A DNA stretch of 64,000 nt from Patellaria atrata CBS 101060 (Eukaryota): NCBI GenBank assembly GCA_010093705.1, contig MU006097.1, positions 321,905 to 385,904 on the forward strand, written 5' to 3'. Under the pieces are notes generated by a model. That model was not told the DNA's origin. It saw nothing but the letters and a program-made list of their open reading frames with translations, and did no database searches. Positions within the stretch are counted from its first letter, which is position 1, and each line of letters opens with the position of its first letter. This document shows, in pieces, positions 35,617-47,334 of this stretch. The position numbers were made by a program, and so were the translations under genes.

Positions 35617-37152
35617 TTAACATTTCTTCCACGTCCAGCCCACCCTCACAATCCTCGCCGCGAGTGTAATACACGCGCCCAAAAACATACTACTCGCCAT
35701 CCAAACCTGAGCCGGCACATAGCCCAACCCGCCCCTCCCGATTAAGGCGCCGCCAATAGGCGGGCCCGTCAGTCCCGCAAATGAGATAAAGCTAAACGCC
35801 ATACCGAGCCTCGTGCCGGCCTTGCTCAGATCGCTATGGCAGCTGACAACGCCGGTGGGGAAGAGGCCCTGGAACATGGCGGCGATGAAGCCGTAGAAGG
35901 CGGTCCAGACGTAGAAGGGTGCGAGCTCGTGGACCGAGAGCCAGGTGTAGGCGACGACAGAGCAGAGGCACAGCCCGGCGACGAAACAGTTCATGACGCC
36001 AAGGAGGTCAGCGAGGAAGCCAGAGATGAGGCGAGCGGGGATGCCGATGCCGTTTATGATTATGATGAGGTTGAGGGAGTCGGCGTAGGACATGTGGATA
36101 ATTTCTCGACCGAAGGAACCGATCTGGAAAGGAGGGTTGTTAGAATTGGGGGCGGTGGTTTGCAGGGGCGAATGGGAGCTTACGAAGTAGTAGGTGAAGT
36201 ACATGGCCCAGATGGTGAAGAACATCCCGCTGACGAAGAGTGCGTAGACGGGACTCTTGAAGGCGCTGAAGTCGACTAGGGGGCCGGTGCTTCGTGGTGG
36301 AAGGCGCGGTTTCATGACGATGGCGACGGCAATCAGACTTGCGATATTGATGAAACCGATGACGCGCGTTGTCCAGCCAAAGCCGACGGTTGGGAGCATT
36401 TGTCGGACGACAATTGGATAGACGATGCCTCCGATGGAGTTACCGGTAGACACGATGGCGATGGCAAGTCCTCTTTTCTTCTCGAAGTAGGTGCTAACGA
36501 TACCCATGCAAGGTGTGAAGAATATACCACCACCGACGCCAGTAAGAATTCCTTGAGTGAGCATTATCTGCCAGTACTTTTTGGAGATACTCATTGTGAA
36601 GATGCCGATCAATTGGATGATAACGCCAACTATATACGTGGGAAGAAAGTACCCAGCATCAAGAGCTACACCAGAGAATGCACCGACAAAGAAGAGGATA
36701 AAGACCTGCACAGATCCGATCCAAGAGATAGTGGTAGCAGGCTCGGGGAGGATCTCGGTATAGTAAGTCTGGAAGACACCAAATGAATTCACATATCCCC
36801 AAGTATTCATAATGACAAACCATGCCCCCGCGACTTGGAGCCATGCTTTCGTGCCGCCATCTGGTGGTGGGCCAGGGTTAACTATTGAAGTTGTTGTGAG
36901 TCGGGATGCTACTCTGCTGAGAGCATTGCTTGTAGCGGATCTGGCAGACCTAGCCCGTGAATGTGCTCTTGAGCGCGGTCGTGATCGTGACGATACCACT
37001 ATCTTCTCTTGATGACTGGATATCTGAGCTTCTTCGTCAGTGTCTATTGTCGAGATTGTCAATGCAGCTATATTACTCCTTCTAGATTCTTGACTCGCAC
37101 CACGTCCTAGCTCTTTCTCCATCTTGACTCCCTTTTCATTAGAATTAGACAT
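35617..37152 (-). CDS. MFS monocarboxylate-transporter family protein (Mch-like)
   Basis: PPPDGGTKAWLQV, NTWGYVNSFGVFQTYY, YFEKKRGLA and GLTGPPIGGAL. One probable in-frame intron at about 36125-36184. Confidence 0.9.
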   Translation of the reverse strand: MSNSNEKGVKMEKELGRGASQESRRSNIAALTISTIDTDEEAQISSHQEKIVVSSRSRPRSRAHSRARSARSATSNALSRVASRLTTTSIVNPGPPPDGGTKAWLQVAGAWFVIMNTWGYVNSFGVFQTYYTEILPEPATTISWIGSVQVFILFFVGAFSGVALDAGYFLPTYIVGVIIQLIGIFTMSISKKYWQIMLTQGILTGVGGGIFFTPCMGIVSTYFEKKRGLAIAIVSTGNSIGGIVYPIVVRQMLPTVGFGWTTRVIGFINIASLIAVAIVMKPRLPPRSTGPLVDFSAFKSPVYALFVSGMFFTIWAMYFTYYFVSSHSPLQTTAPNSNNPPFQIGSFGREIIHMSYADSLNLIIIINGIGIPARLISGFLADLLGVMNCFVAGLCLCSVVAYTWLSVHELAPFYVWTAFYGFIAAMFQGLFPTGVVSCHSDLSKAGTRLGMAFSFISFAGLTGPPIGGALIGRGGLGYVPAQVWMASSMFLGACITLAARIVRVGWTWKKC

Positions 37153-37835
37153 AGCTGCTTAGGATCTTTCGTGCTGTTGAGATACTGACCAAAGAACTGA
37201 AGTGGCCGCGGGGAAATGAACGAGTTCATGGTAAATGATGACTGTTCATTGTGAGATAGACTGCAGTGACTGCATATCCTCGTACTTGCTACAGGTTCTA
37301 AATCTAGTCACAGGTTCACACTTTGCAGCCGATAAGCCGACAGCCATAACCCGTATCAGAGGTGGAAATAGCGGTCTCGCAGAACTACCCCTCATGCTGG
37401 GGCCCATAGGAGGAGATACCGATGCTGATCGTGCATTGTGGACGCTATTTTCATAGCGAGAAATTCGAAAATGGTGTTGTTTTCCGCTTCGTTTTCCGGA
37501 TACATTACCCGCCACGTAAGACTAAGGTCAGGTACGCTCTGTTATTGGCGTTAGCTACGTCCGTTCACGATAAGTCACTACAACTATTTATATTAACTCC
37601 TCATCATTGGTTATAATAGAGACGTCTGCCTTGAGGTCTGGATAAGCTTCAAGGGATCTTCCTCAGGGACTTTTATACGCTACGTAATGTGTCGCCCGCT
37701 GGCTCAAGCTTCACTCAAGATACTGTATACTGTACTTCGTATGGTAGGCATGGCTTCTCGTCTTTTAGCTGTTCTTTGAATTTTTCAAGAGGATAGTTGA
37801 AAATCATATTGTATTCGGACCCTAATAAGAGCTCT

Positions 37836-40758
37836 TTAAATCAATATCCGCTCCAAACTGTACTTGCCAACCCTCCTACTTATTTCCTGGCCTATGTCTC
37901 GCTGACTCCTCTTTCTTATCTCTCCCATCTTACCTACCTTTGTATCTGCTATCCATTCCTCCACCTTATAGCCCAGAGGGAGTATTCTGTCGTATTCACT
38001 ATCGGCAGGTCGGACAGCTTGTATAATACGCTTTCCGGGATCACCTCCTTTCCCTCGAGATTTCTGGACCTTGGTTCCATATTTCATGAAGTCGTTCAGA
38101 ATGCCTCGAAGAAACACAACTTCATGAATACCCTCCAATGTAGCTGAAATCTCCGCCCGGAGGGATTGAAGTAGGTCTTCAGGCGTATCATCTGGGTTCT
38201 GAATCCCAGCAACGAGCCATCCACCGACCCCTATAGCATCCAGCGCACAACCCAGCAAATTGGCAATAATCCCAATAGATCGATCCGAAGGTCCCCCACC
38301 CTCTGCTATCTGGGGGCCTTTGTCGGTATACTGAGCAGTCCAACCACCATCAGCCAGCTCAATACGTAGCATTTGTATCAAGAAGAAGATTTCATGTTGA
38401 GTAAGCTTCGATCGGAGGGACTGTGTGATAAGCGGGGGTGTAAAGGCGTTTAGTCTTGTAAAACAGTGAAGTAAAGTACGACTTCGGATACCAAGACCTT
38501 CTTCCAAAGTTGAATTGGCAACTTCGAGATCGTGCATAGCAGCTTCCTCCTCGTGTCGCAATTGAGTGTCTTCATCACCGTCTACTTCAGTCTCTCCATT
38601 TGTCAAGAAATAACGATTGAGTGGAGGGAAAGGGACAGCATCCAAGCTATTGATCAACAACTTTATAGCCTCAACAATCTCAATAATGTCGAGGCGTGGC
38701 GCAGGATCAAGAGTAAGAATATTGTGCAGGAGTCGCATCTCTGGATCATAAGATACGATGGCGGACACAATGTCACCCGCTGAAAGATTATAACTGCTAT
38801 TCCACAGTGTAGATTCTTGTCTCAACGCTTTCTCAATCAGTTCATGACGCAGAGAGCCTGTAATAGCTAGCCATTGAAACACATTCGGAGGTAGAAACTG
38901 AATTGTCAACTTGTATTGGTGTCTACCCGAAGACGCAGTCGCTGATAGACCATCAGTGAAAGGGGATATTCTGAATATTTTCCTAAGGGCATATAGAGCT
39001 TTGTGCTCATGACGGGATTGGCCGTAGTTTGAATGTTGACTTCCGAAGTCCCAATACAATGGTCCATCTTCTTTAGATTGTTTCTCTTGCTTTTTAAGTC
39101 TCTTGAACTCCTGGCCTCGACGAACAGGATCAGCGATCTTTTTAGCGGCAATATAACGGGCCGTTTTTAGTTTAACTTGCACTTCCTTTACAAAAAGCTC
39201 TTCAAAAGCTTCAACGTTGTCTTCCGATGCATGCTGATCAAGCAACGGAACTCTAACGTTCCATTGCGAGTGCTGGTCATTGTTCGTTTCTAGTACGACG
39301 TGTTTGCGAAAACTCGAAGTAAGTACAGATCTCTCCAGAGAATTCTTTCCTTTAAACATGGAATTAATTAGTAGACTTTGGCTGTTCTTGTTCTTTTTTG
39401 ACGGAACCATTGAAGGACTCAATTGTAAACCAATAAGCTCTTGGTCTGCTATTGCTATTACCATGCCCATATCATGGAGGTATGTCAGAAGTTGGAAAGA
39501 GCTATAGCGAGCTGTATCACCCATCGCTTTCCTTTTCTTTGATTGAAGGACGAGTTCCGGGTCCATATTCAAAGATGTGACAACTTGCTCAGACATATAC
39601 TTCATATCATATATAGCGCAACTGTCCGAAGAAATAAACATATAAAGTGACGAGGATAATTGTAGGTGAGACTCGGGACTAAACCCAAGCGGCTTGAAGT
39701 CGGAAGATATACTGGGGATGGTGGCCGATATGTCATAGGTGATGAGTTTGCCTGACTGGAGTACCCGCAAAGTTCCAGCGGATGGTTGTAGCGAGTATTC
39801 AGGTTTTGTGACTGGTGAGCCTTCTATATCTTGTGCTAAAGGAATAGCAAATGACCATAGTAGCTTTTTCGGAGCCCTAGGACTTGGAAGTGTTCCAAAT
39901 CTCGACTGGATCGCAATCAGGTGCGCTGTCAATACGTTCCTATCCAGGCTTTGGGCCACATTCGTCCTACAGAGAAGAAATAGGAGTTGAGTAGTTTGTA
40001 AAACATCAGACTGTCCATTGCTCGGCGTTTCTAGGGCAGCAAGAATGTCATCACGTTCTTTTAGAATCCCTTTTCTTGCAGTGTCTGCAGAGAACAGCTC
40101 AGAAAATTCGACTACCCGGGCCTCTTCCGTCCCAACATTTCCGTCATTGAGATAGCCCTTCCAACGTTCCGTCTGCAGGTCTGCAGAAAGACATTCCAAC
40201 GTTCCGTCCGAATATACCAAGAGTACGTCATGTGAATCGTTCTCGACTTCGCAGACACTAGGGTTAGGAATCACTTCTATTGCGACAATCTTGGAAGACT
40301 GTGCAAGTTGGTGCACCCATTTCTGCGGTGCACTGACCGAAATACGCTGAGCTGGTTCTGTGAAGCAGACTATTTGGGGTAGCTTGCCCTGTCTTGATTC
40401 GATTATAGAAGCGTAGGTGTATCTGCGAGCAGAAGATCCATTGATCTTTTTTCTGAGAATCGAGCACACCGGTGCCGTAAAGTAAGTTTGAGGAGGTATG
40501 GCATATGAAGTGATAAGGCGCGGAGTTTGAATCTTATTCGTCAACACTATGCCTTGAATCCAAATGATCGATCTACCTTACATTATAGATATTTATTCCA
40601 TCACCGTCTATATTGACAGCAAGCTCGCTGCGTTTTCTCTTCCTCAAACTAGCGAGGCTCAATACTCGCGATGCTGAGATGCGGCCATTGGTAGAATCTA
40701 CGGGTCGGGGAAGTGAAAAAAGAGTATGTGGTCGATCGATTTCCCTACCAGCTGACAT
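37836..40758 (-). CDS. UTP8: Probable U3 snoRNA-associated protein 8 (SSU processome UTP-A), 2 exons
   Basis: Exon 1 RKRKRSELAVNIDGDGINIYN joins IQTPRLITSYAIPPQ. C-terminus RSQRDIGQEISRRVGKYSLERI resembles filamentous-fungal Utp8 as I recall it. Confidence 0.72.
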
Positions 40759-41071
40759 TTTGTGCCACAGACACGCTGAAAAGATCTCGTGGCGGGCTGA
40801 GAAACACTTTCTTCCCTTTCTTGCTGGAGCTCTAGAAAATTTGGAGCGAGCGTTGATGCTTGGGATGGAGAACCTAACCGAGGCTCTGCCGATTGGTCAT
40901 GAAGAGGTTGTGCTTAAAGTGGTTTTGGAGCTAAGTCGCGTCGTCGCGTCTGACTTCACCATCCTCATGTATACTCAAATAAATTCTATTCCTATAGAAG
41001 AGCCTCACACAATCCTTGGGGAAATGATTTTGGATTGATCTTTCCATCCCATGTGCAGAATTAGCTCATAG
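40759..41071. promoter_or_regulatory. Divergent promoter UTP8/ELG1 with two TCGCGT (MCB-like) sites
   Basis: 313 bp between head-to-head ATGs. TCGCGT at 40936 and 40944; GAAAATTT (RRPE-like) near 40834. Confidence 0.5.
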
Positions 41072-44000
41072 ATGGCAGTTGCTCTTGTTGAAAGAGCAAT
41101 GAATCTTGGGGAGAGGAAGCCTGTCCATCCTTTCTTCTCAAAGACCCAAAGTAGGACCCAAACTGAATCTTGCAAAACATGAATTGACAACATTCAAGAT
41201 TCCAAATCCGAACTTGAGAACATCGCTATACCCGATCCGGAAACTTTGCACTTGGACGAGAATGGCGCCCACGAAGCGGCTTCTAGCATCGATGAGAACC
41301 GAAAGGTTGGGGGCAAACGTGCCAGTCATGGGAGAAAGACTTCGAAAAGAAGAAAGAAGGATACACTAGTGAACACTGAATCTACAAGTCAAACGTTGTT
41401 GACAACTTTCGCACAATCAGGAGTCTCCTCAAACTTGGCCCCGAACCTTGAACTAGAGTCCCATCCCGCAGGCAACGTTGATATTTCTCTAGAAGAGGAC
41501 CCAAACAAAGATCGTCGGAAACGCAGGAAGACCGATACACCTCCTCAGGAGACACCTAAAGAAGCGACGTCTGGTCCACATCCGACCGAACAAAGCCTTC
41601 CGGCTTCTCCTCCAACTTCACTTTCATGGCATGAACAGTTACTGGCTGTGGCAGATAAGGGAGCTGACCAAGAGCTAGATTCTAGTCTTAATATATCCGA
41701 TGTGCAGGCACCTACGTGCGAGGTCGAGGTAGAAGACACGGAAACACTGGCCAGTTCGAAGGTTCGATCTGATGGTTGCACAGAGAACATTACCCAATGT
41801 GAGTTACAGCAAAACTGTGATGCTAGTGGTCAGATAATCACGAATACACGACCGAAGAAGATGCTCCGCTTGAGAGGGAATGGGCGTTTCAGTTCACCTG
41901 TTGCTCCGGCTTCCGCTAAAGAAGCCGTCGAACCGCATGCATCCCCTCCTAGAAAACGTAAGAAACGTAAAAGCCGGGGTATGGTTATAATCAAATATGG
42001 CCGGGACCTTGCTGCCCGCGTCTCTTTAGGTGCAAAGATAGCTACAATACTCTCTAAATCTAAAGAGGTCCCCAAAGCTGCCGAGAATGCTTCAGACGAG
42101 AAAGACAAACTCCCGGCGATTACGAAAGAGACACATCCTTTTTTCTTAGGGAAGAATTTGAAAGATTCTAAAATCCAGAACAAGGATAATGATTCACAGC
42201 GGAGACTACCGGATATACCAGCAGAACGAAAAGCTTCTGCTGTCACACCTGGGAAGCTTCGCGCAAAAGCGGAGGCGTTGCATCCAGATAAATTCCCTGT
42301 ATTTGGCGCCACGGTTTTAGGTTCTACGCAAGCCAAATTAACGAGACATCCCGGAGCCCAAGAACCATGCTGGCCATGCAAGGAGAATGTTCACGTTCGG
42401 GGTCTACACCACGATCTCCATGGGATTCATGGTTTTTTATCGGACGATAGAAGTCAAGGGGTTCTTTCTGCGTCCAATGATCATCGTAAACTGAAGAACA
42501 AGGTGATGTTTGTTACAGAAGAAGAAGACATCATGTTACGTTGCGCCAGGGACCTTTTCGCTCTTTCAATGCCAACACAGGGCCAATTACTGCGCACTCC
42601 CCAACGATTGCTGATTTCTGGCGTCACACTGAGGGAGAGATTGTGTGATGAGCTCTCTTTTTCGATACGGCAGGAAACAAGTGGGAGTAATGAAAGTACT
42701 CAACTTCATGCTGCTTTACGCCGGCTATATGACGATGTCCCATCAACCTTATCATCATTCGACCGACATACTTGTGAATCCCAAGCCTGGACGCACAAAT
42801 ATTCCCCGAAAACAGCTTCAGAAGTCCTACAACTCGGGAAAGAAGTCATGGTTTTGAAGGAATGGATGCAGAAGCTCACTGTCACTGCTGTAGACAGTGG
42901 TCCTAAAACAATCCCTAAGACAGTGCGTGGCAAAGAATTAGCAGATAAAGTAGTGAAGAAGAAACGGAAGCGAAAGGACTTAGATGATTTCATCATTTCT
43001 GACGAGGACGACGCCGACCAACTAGACGAACTCTCTGAACCAGAAGATACTATCACAACGGATTCGGTATATGGTCAGAAAAGGTCGGTGGTCAGAAATG
43101 GCGGTCAAGCGTCCGATGGAATACGTCCAGGTAAGGGTACGAATATTGTTTTGATAAGTGGTCCCAGTGGCTGTGGGAAGACTGCGGCAGTATATGCTGT
43201 CGCCCATGAGCTAGGCTTCGAGGTCTTTGAGATCAACTCCAACTCACGACGTTCTGGGAAAGATATCCTCGACCGAATAGGGGACATGACGGAAAATCAC
43301 TTAGTCCAAAAAGCTGCTCAATCTAATCTAAGTGGCGAGGTTGAAGACATTATATCTGAGGTGCCCGATACTTTGCAAATGGAACTCGAGAGCGGCCGTC
43401 AAGCAAAAATGGACTCGTTCTTCAAATTCACCGCCAAACCCCAATCTAAAACAAAGAAAACTCCATGTACTGTTAATGCGGACAAGAAGACTGTTCACAG
43501 AACCAAGACTAATCCGCAACAGAAGCAGTCATTGATCCTTCTTGAAGAAGTTGATATACTGTTCGAAGAGGATAAACAATTCTGGGCGACGGTAGTTGCG
43601 CTGGCCGCAAACTCAAAGAGACCTATCATAATGACTTGCAATGACGAGATGCGCGTACCATTGGATCCACTTTCTTACCACGCTATTCTACGATTTTCTC
43701 CTCCACCTGTAGACATCGCGGTGGATTACCTGCTTCTTCTAGCTGCTAATGAAGGTCACCTTATTAAACGTCTACCGGTATCAGAATTGTACGAAAACAA
43801 AAAGCATGACCTCCGCGCCAGCATTACCGAACTGAACTTCTGGTGTCAAATGGGCATCGGCGATAAAAAGGGAGGCCTAGAGTGGATATACCAACGATGG
43901 CCCGCCGGATGCGACTTAGACGAACATGGCCGTAAACTCCGGGTAGTCAGTGAAACTTCATATCAATCCTCGATGGGATGGTGCAGCCATGACATCTTGT

Positions 44001-44962
44001 GTGCGGAGGAATCTACCACCTTTAACAAAACACATGTGATTATGTCAGAAGCCTGGACCCAGTGGAAAATTGACCCGTACAATTGGCAAGAAGCTAGTGT
44101 ACATTGTTCTTCGACAGGACACTTGGTTTCAAGTGAAAATTCAAAGGGCTCAAATTTGATGGCATTACGCAATCTCGAAAGAGTCATGGATGCTGCCAGC
44201 GCTGCTGATGTTTACTGTAGAACTGGTTTACCAACTGGTGCGCTAGACCCTATCGATACTACTCTTCCTCCCATGTCGGAATCTGCAAGAAACAACTATA
44301 TCGAGGGCCTTCATTTGCTTGAAGCGGATCCAGTTATCAATTTCAGCAACATGGATATGGACCTCTCAATTAGTACGCATCTGACCTCCCATCGACTAAA
44401 GCTTTCGTACGATATTCCCCAGGATCTCATATCGGCTGGACCACCTTCTAGGTTCGATGATACAAAGATCGCCGAAGCTATTCTATCAAGCATCAAACGT
44501 CAAGATAATTCTAGACCGATAAACCGAGAAAGCTTCTCATGCTTTGATCCAATTGCAGAGGATTCTGGGGTATCAATATTCCCAGGTTCAGCGGCGTTCC
44601 AGTTAACAGCATCGTCCTTCGATCGCTCCTTTTGCATCATAGTTACCGATCTAGCACCATATGTTAGAAGCATTGCAGCTCATGATCTCCGGCTCGACGC
44701 TGAGAGACTTCGTATGAGCAACCTGCTCTCGGTCGGTGGTAGTTCGAAGAAGCGGCGATCAACACGAGCGGCCAGAAGTGCTTTGGAAGGCGGTAGGAGG
44801 GAGACTATGAGAAGAGAAAGATGGTTCAATAAGTCCCTCAACTTGAACTTGGTCATGGCAACAGCTGGGGAGTCGTGGGCTGGAATGTCGGGCGTTGACG
44901 AAAGGACCGTAGAGAGTAAGACGGGCAGCACACATGATGAGGAGGACCCATGGGATCCATAG
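41072..44962 (+). CDS. ELG1: Elg1/ATAD5 RFC-like AAA+ PCNA unloader, 2 exons
   Basis: WTHKYSPK, Walker A GPSGCGKT, AHELGFEVFEINSNSRRSGK, Walker B LILLEEVDILFEED and SKRPIIMTCN. A short first exon (MAVALVE..VHPFF) splices in frame. Confidence 0.92.
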
Positions 44963-45297
44963 TGGCGCATTTTGCTGAGGAAGAAGAATGCAATTTAGAT
45001 AATGAATATACCGATATATGATATTGACCTTTGTGTTAATTCCTACCTCTGTCTTCACCCACAAAGGCGAGGTACTTCTCAGGGATCATAGCAACGGAAG
45101 AGACGTCAGGATTTTGTATTCTCAGCATTGGAATCACCAACGCAACCAAAGCCCTAGTGAACCTCAATTAACTCAGCTAGTCCTAGGGTGATAAGTACTC
45201 AAGAGTTTACGCCGTCACTCCCGGCGGATGACGATCTAGTTATTCGTTTTCCACACCAAAGAGGATATCAACGTCAAAAAAAAAGAAAAGCAATGAC

Positions 45298-45490
45298 AAA
45301 AAAGAATTAAACCAGCAAAAAGCAAAACTAAAATCGCAAAACAATGAGGATCTTTGCCTCCTTGAACCCTCGGACAGGTTCCTCGATAAACAATGTGCTG
45401 AATGGGGGTTTCGAACTACAACCCGACCGAAGTCCCCATGGTAAGAGAGCCGCAGCCGGTCAATTCGACCACTCTGCCACAGAGTTTATT
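45298..45490 (-). ncRNA. Candidate Pol III-transcribed structured RNA (non-tRNA or degenerate tRNA)
   Basis: A box TGGCAGAGTGG (45479-45469), B box GTTCGAAAC (45416-45408), T5/T6 runs at 45321 and 45303, and several hairpins. No tRNA acceptor-stem or T-stem pairing. Confidence 0.45.
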
Positions 45491-45739
45491 GAGGTTTGGA
45501 TTTCCCGACGCTAAACATAAGGGAGAGGTGCGTGGAGCTGGAGGGGGGGATGTCATGTGTGGTGTTGTGCATGAAAAAGAGTAATACATGTGACGACGGT
45601 ACATTAGACTTTCTTGTGGGGCTCGGCACTTGAACATATTTCAAAGTGGGATCTCATAATGAGCTCCCTCTTGCATTGTTGGCTGCTACGTATAACGTGT
45701 TCTAGATAGGGACCGCGGATTCCCTCACTCTCCTCGTCA

Positions 45740-46730
45740 TCAATCTCTCAAAGCTGCGCCTACAGCTTGCTCCTCGTTCAAGATTCTCATTTCCTCAACC
45801 CACTCGTTCAGATACTGCGGTACCCTCTCGACCCTGCCGCAAGTCAGATTCACTGCTTCCTCGACCACGAAACGTTGGGGGCAGGGAAAGTCATACTTAT
45901 TAGTCTCACTAGCAACCGGATCCCCCACAGTCTCCCAAGCAGGAACAACACCGGTCCACACCCTCTCAACCGACGCGTGGTCCCTTAAATCCTTTTTATC
46001 ATCATGAGGACCTCCCTCCCTAATCTTCGCGCTCCCGGTTTGGATCTCAACCCTCAAGACACCAGTCGCAGTCACTGGAGGAAACCCTCATCAACGAAAA
46101 TCCCATAAAACCGAAAGACACGCGAAGAGAGAGAGGGGGAAAAGACCTACTCTCAGCTTTCGTCGGCGGGACCCTACTCCCGTCCCACCTCCCCTTCACA
46201 ATCCCCTCCGTGATGAGCGTAAGCGCCCACATCTTCTCCTCCTCGTCCACGACCTCGTACGCGAGCCCGTTCACCACCGCGCTGCGGTAGTTACAGCCTA
46301 AGACCGCGTCAGCTCAACTCCCCGTGGAGTTTCAATCGTTGGAGGCCTTACTGTGGTTGAACGGCGTGAGCGCGAGCACGTAGCCATCCAGCTTCGTCGC
46401 CGCCACCGTGACCGGGAAGCCCTGTGATTCGGAACTAGAGCCGAGACGCATCATTCGCGCGGCGGAGGAGCCGTGGAGATAAATGCATTGAGGACCGGTG
46501 TTTAGGGTCTGGGATTTGTTGGCAAAATTGCCTATGGAACCGAGCATGGGGAGTACGACTGGGAATTGGGGTTCATCGGGGGAGGAGGTAGGGGGGTTAA
46601 AGGAGACGTGTAGGATGGGGATACTATCGAGGATGCTGTGGATTGTGTTGTAATCGTAGACACCGCGGTTGGGGAGGCGCTTTACGGTTGTACGGGAGTG
46701 TGGGGGATATGCTTCTTTATTGTCTGTCAT
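45740..46730 (-). CDS. FMN-binding split-barrel protein (NimA / pyridoxamine-phosphate-oxidase-like), multi-exon
   Basis: TTVKRLPNRGVYD, ILHVSF, IYLHGSSAARMM, LDGYVLALTPFNHS spliced to CNYRSAVVNG, GRWDGSRVPPT, SAKIREGGP and VWTGVVP. Confidence 0.88.
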
Positions 46731-47334
46731 CTTCACTTTTAGGGAGTTCGGTAGTTGTTATGGTGACACTTTCGATGTTAGAGTTGTTGATATTTGGTGA
46801 CTTTATAGGGGTTCAATGGCTACATATTGAGTCATAACAGCGATATTTATGAGTTACTGCGAAGTCAATTAGGAATTTAAACTTAGGTACGCCTTACAGT
46901 AGCGGGTCGCATGGACATGCTACTTCTATTATAGCTATCATGGCTTGGCCCAATTAGGATCTGTGTTATCTAATGAATAGCAAGCTTGTTCTCACTTCAA
47001 GGGTAAACTGTAAGGCTTTGACACAAGGTGGGGGATTAGGACCGACTTCTAGAACCTCTTTCGTATTTATTCCCTAATTCGAAGGAGAAAATTTCCTAAC
47101 TACAGTGTATATAGCTAATAGGGATGCCAGATCAGGTAGGCGACATTTCAATCGTACTAATTTGCTCTCAAGTGCAAATTTTCTTTTGTGACTGGCATTG
47201 ACAACAATAACAGTGTTCAGGATATTGAATTTGAACTTGAGAAATACAACACCCCTTTTACATCCTTATCTCTAGAATACAACTATGCACAAAATCGTGT
47301 AAGACGTTATGTATAATAACTGATCCAAGATTGC

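Noticed and set aside
45066..45240. Resemblance to the U3 snoRNA 5' end (CGAGGTACTTCTCAGGGATCAT)
   Set aside because: The rest of box A is absent and no convincing box B or terminal box D follows.
45395..45486. Intron-containing tRNA gene
   Set aside because: A and B boxes are present but the acceptor and T stems do not pair; kept only as an unassigned Pol III candidate.
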